Virus record (IMG/VR): IMGVR_UViG_2690315922_000004
Source: a virus
Lineage: Duplodnaviria > Heunggongvirae > Uroviricota > Caudoviricetes
Direction: 5' to 3' (one strand)
DNA length: 14,851 nt
The position numbers and the translations under genes are program-made. Numbering within the stretch: the first letter of the stretch is position 1; every line of letters begins with the position of its first letter. Shown piece after piece: positions 11,653 to 14,851 of the stretch. The notes under the pieces were generated by a model. It had not been told where the DNA came from, did not search any database, and saw only the letters and a list, made by a program, of their open reading frames with translations.

Positions 11653-12059
11653 GTTTTGCCCTGAAACTGGCGCGTGAGATGGGGCGACCCGACTGGCGTG
11701 CCATGCTTGCCGGGATGTCATCCACGGAGTATGCCGACTGGCACCGCTTTTACAGTACCCATTATTTTCATGATGTTCTGCTGGATATGCACTTTTCCGG
11801 GCTGACGTACACCGTACTCAGCCTGTTTTTCAGCGATCCGGATATGCATCCGCTGGATTTCAGTCTGCTGAACCGGCGCGGGGCTGACGAAGAGCCTGAA
11901 GATGATGTGCTGATGCAGAAAGCGGCAGGGCTTGCCGGAGGTGTTCGTTTTGGTCCGGACGGGAATGAAGTTATCCCCGCTTCCCCGGACATGACGGAGG
12001 ATGACGCAATGCTGATGACAGTATCAGAAGGGATCGCAGGAGGAGTCCGGTATGGCTGA
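11230..12059 (+). CDS. G-T: Tail assembly chaperone fusion gpG-T, produced by programmed -1 ribosomal frameshift at 11628-11634
   Basis: The T-frame ORF (track 11634-12059, ...FDGELSFALKLAREMGRPDWRAMLAGMSSTEYADWHRFYSTHYFHDVLLDMHFSGLTY...) has no independent start with an RBS and is in the -1 frame relative to G. It begins at the slippery heptamer G GGA AAG near the G 3' end, exactly as in lambda G/GT. Confidence 0.8.
11628..11634 (+). other. Programmed -1 frameshift slippery heptamer GGGAAAG (G to G-T recoding site)
   Basis: Read directly: G GGA AAG in the G frame at 11628-11634, six codons before the G stop (TGA 11650-11652). This is identical to the lambda slippery site. Confidence 0.8.
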
Positions 12060-14613
12060 ACCGGCAGGCGATCTGGTCGTTGATTTAAGTCTGGATGCAG
12101 CCAGATTTGACGAGCAGATGGCCAGAGTCAGGCGTCATTTTTCCGGTACGGAAAGTGATGCGAAAAAAACAGCGGCAGTTGTTGAGCAGTCGATGAACCG
12201 GCAGGCGCTGGCTGCACAGAAAGCGGGGATTTCCGTCGGGCAGTATAAAGCCGCCATGCGTATGCTGCCTGCACAGTTCACCGACGTGGCCACACAGCTT
12301 GCAGGGGGGCAGAATCCCTGGCTGATTCTGCTGCAACAGGGCGGTCAGGTTAAGGACTCCTTCGGCGGGATGATCCCCATGTTCAGGGGGCTTGCCGGTG
12401 CAGTCACCCTGCCAATGGTCGGGGTCACCTCGCTGGCGGTGGCAACCAGTGCGCTGGTGTATGCCTGGTATCAGGGTGACTCAACCCTGTCCGATTTCAA
12501 CAAAACGCTGGTCCTTTCCGGTAATCAGGCGGGACTGACGGCAGATCGTATGCTGGTCCTGTCCAGAGCCGGGCAGGCGGCAGGGCTGACGTTTAACCAG
12601 ACCAGCGAGTCACTGACGGCGCTGGTGAATGCCGGTGTGCGTGGTGGTGAGCAGTTTGAGGCGATCAGCCAGAGTGTGGCGCGTTTCTCCTCTGCATCGG
12701 GCGTGGAGGTGGACAAGGTCGCTGAAGCCTTCGGGAAGCTGACCACTGACCCGACGTCGGGGCTGACGGCGATGGCGCGCCAGTTCCATAACGTGACGGC
12801 GGAGCAGATTGCGTATGTTGCTCAGTTGCAGCGTTCCGGCGATGAAGCCGGGGCATTGCAGGCGGCGAACGAGGCCGCAACGAAAGGGTTTGATGACCAG
12901 ACCCGCCGCCTGAAAGATAACATGGGCACGCTGGAGACCTGGGCAGATAAGACAGCACGGGCATTTAAATCCATGTGGGATGCGGTGCTGGATATTGGTC
13001 GTCCTGATACCGCGCAGGAGATGCTGATTAAGGCAGAGGCTGCGTTTAAGAAAGCAGACGATATCTGGAATCTGCGCAAGGATGATTATTTTGTTAACGA
13101 TGAAGCACGGGCGCGTTACTGGGATGATCGTGAAAAGGCCCGTCTTGCGCTTGAAGCCACCCGAAAGAAGGCTGAACAGCAGAGTCAACAGGACAAAAAT
13201 GCGCAGCAGCAGAGCGATACCGAAGCGTCACGGCTGAAATATACCGAAGAGGCGCAGAAGGCTTACGAACGTCTGCAGACTCCGCTGGAGAAATATACCG
13301 CCCGTCAGGAAGAACTGAACAAGGCACTGAAGGACGGGAAAATCCTACAGGCAGATTACAACACGCTGATGGCGGCAGCGAAAAAGGACTATGAAGAGAC
13401 GCTGAAAAAGCCGAAACAGTCCGGCGTGAAGGTGTCTGCGGGCGATCGTCAGGAAGACAGTGCTCATGCTGCCCTGCTGACGCTTCAGGCAGAACTCCGG
13501 ACGCTGGAGAAGCATGCCGGAGCGAATGAGAAAATCAGCCAGCAGCGCCGGGATTTGTGGAAAGCGGAAAATCAGTTCGCAGTACTGGAGGAGGCAGCAC
13601 AACGTCGCCAGCTGTCCGCACAGGAGAAATCCCTGCTGGTACATAAAGAGGAGACGCTGGAGTACAAACGACAACTGGCGGAGTTAGGCGATAAGGTCGA
13701 ACATCAGAAACGCCTGAATACACTGGCGCAGCAGGCGGATAAATTCGCACAGCAACAACGGGCAAAACGGGCTGCCATTGATGCGAAAAACCGGGGGATG
13801 ACAGACTGGCAGGCAGCGCGGGAAGCCACGGAACAGCGCCTGAAGGAACAGTATGGCGATAATCCGCTGGCGCTGAATAACGTCCTGTCAGAGCAGAAAA
13901 AGACCTGGGCGGCTGAAGACCAGCTTCGCGGGAGCTGGATGGCAGGCCTGAAGTCCGGCTGGAGTGAGTGGGAAGAGAGCGCCACGGACAGTATGTCGCA
14001 GGTTAAAAGTGCAGCCACGCAGACCTTTGATGGTATTGCGCAGAATATGGCGGCGATGCTGACCGGCAGTGAACAGAACTGGCGCAGCTTCACCCGTTCC
14101 GTGCTGTCCATGATGACAGAAATTCTGCTAAAGCAGGCAATGGTGGGGATTGTCGGGAGTATCGGCAGCGCCATTGGCGGGGCTGTTGGTGGCGGCGCAT
14201 CAGCGTCAGGCGGTACAGCCATTCAGGCAGCTGCGGCGAAATTCCATTTTGCGACCGGAGGTTTTACGGGGACCGGCGGCAAATATGAGCCAGCGGGGAT
14301 TGTCCACCGTGGTGAATTTGTCTTCACGAAGGAGGCAACCAGCCGGATTGGCGTGGGGAATCTTTACCGGCTGATGCGCGGCTATGCCACCGGCGGTTAT
14401 GTCGGTGGCACCGGAAGTCCGGCGCAAATGCGGCGTTCAGAGGGTATCAGGTTTGAGCAGAACAACAACGTGGTGATTAACAACGACGGTACGAATGGTC
14501 TGCCAGGTCCACAGATGATGAAGGCGGTGTATGACATGGCCCGCAAGGGTGCCCGTGATGAAATCCAGGCACAGATGCGCGATGGTGGTCTGTTCTCCGG
14601 AGGTGGACGATGA
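12052..14613 (+). CDS. H: Tail tape measure protein gpH (853 aa)
   Basis: 853 aa as in lambda gpH. Long coiled-coil-rich central region, glycine-rich segment near the C-terminus (GSIGSAIGGAVGGGASASGGTA) and the conserved gene order between T and M. Its start overlaps the T-frame stop. Confidence 0.95.
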   Translation: MAEPAGDLVVDLSLDAARFDEQMARVRRHFSGTESDAKKTAAVVEQSMNRQALAAQKAGISVGQYKAAMRMLPAQFTDVATQLAGGQNPWLILLQQGGQVKDSFGGMIPMFRGLAGAVTLPMVGVTSLAVATSALVYAWYQGDSTLSDFNKTLVLSGNQAGLTADRMLVLSRAGQAAGLTFNQTSESLTALVNAGVRGGEQFEAISQSVARFSSASGVEVDKVAEAFGKLTTDPTSGLTAMARQFHNVTAEQIAYVAQLQRSGDEAGALQAANEAATKGFDDQTRRLKDNMGTLETWADKTARAFKSMWDAVLDIGRPDTAQEMLIKAEAAFKKADDIWNLRKDDYFVNDEARARYWDDREKARLALEATRKKAEQQSQQDKNAQQQSDTEASRLKYTEEAQKAYERLQTPLEKYTARQEELNKALKDGKILQADYNTLMAAAKKDYEETLKKPKQSGVKVSAGDRQEDSAHAALLTLQAELRTLEKHAGANEKISQQRRDLWKAENQFAVLEEAAQRRQLSAQEKSLLVHKEETLEYKRQLAELGDKVEHQKRLNTLAQQADKFAQQQRAKRAAIDAKNRGMTDWQAAREATEQRLKEQYGDNPLALNNVLSEQKKTWAAEDQLRGSWMAGLKSGWSEWEESATDSMSQVKSAATQTFDGIAQNMAAMLTGSEQNWRSFTRSVLSMMTEILLKQAMVGIVGSIGSAIGGAVGGGASASGGTAIQAAAAKFHFATGGFTGTGGKYEPAGIVHRGEFVFTKEATSRIGVGNLYRLMRGYATGGYVGGTGSPAQMRRSEGIRFEQNNNVVINNDGTNGLPGPQMMKAVYDMARKGARDEIQAQMRDGGLFSGGGR

Positions 14614-14851
14614 AGACCTTCCGCTGGAAAGTGAAACCCGGTATGGATGTGGCTTCGGCCCCTTCCGTCAGGAAAGTGCGCTTTGGTGATGGCTATTCCC
14701 AGCGAGCGCCTGCCGGACTGAATGCCGACCTGAAAACGTACAGCGTGACGTTGTCTGTCTCCCGCGAGGAGGCCACGGCGCTGGAGTCGTTTCTGGCTGA
14801 GCACGGGGGCTGGAAAGCCTTTCTGTGGACGCCGCCTTATGAGTGGCGGCA
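14610..14851 (+). CDS. M: Tail tip assembly protein gpM, N-terminal ~80 codons (3' end outside the window)
   Basis: ATG 14610 overlaps the H stop (ATGA). Translation is MKTFRWKVKPGMDVASAPSVRKVRFGDGYSQRAPAGLNADLKTYSVTLSVSREEATALESFLAEHGGWKAFLWTPPYEWR..., matching lambda gpM; the frame stays open to the window end. Confidence 0.85.
   Translation, partial: MKTFRWKVKPGMDVASAPSVRKVRFGDGYSQRAPAGLNADLKTYSVTLSVSREEATALESFLAEHGGWKAFLWTPPYEWR

Overview
This window is the left arm of a lambda-like (lambdoid siphovirus) prophage or phage genome, and almost all of it is the textbook lambda late region, so I do not see a novel system here. All genes but one are on the + strand, in lambda order: the 3' end of the lysis cassette (Rz with embedded Rz1, 1-213), a ~1.3 kb AT-rich accessory ('moron') region (214-1500), the cos site (~1500-1716), then Nu1, A, W, B, C with nested Nu3, D, E, FI, FII, Z, U, V, G, the G-T frameshift fusion, H, and the start of M (1717-14851). 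Most of these genes overlap the next by a few bases (ATGA-type stop/start overlaps), consistent with translational coupling. The only non-lambda cargo is the moron region, which carries a 104-aa PerC-family (Pch-like) regulator gene where lambda has bor, plus a small minus-strand YlcI/DUF3950-like ORF. The features most worth a second look are that regulator with its repeat- and palindrome-containing upstream region, and a cosN whose 12-nt cohesive-end sequence differs from canonical lambda at 5 positions. No tRNA, rRNA, CRISPR array or transposase is evident. All homology statements rest on recognising the proteins and on recalled lambda sequence, not on a database search.
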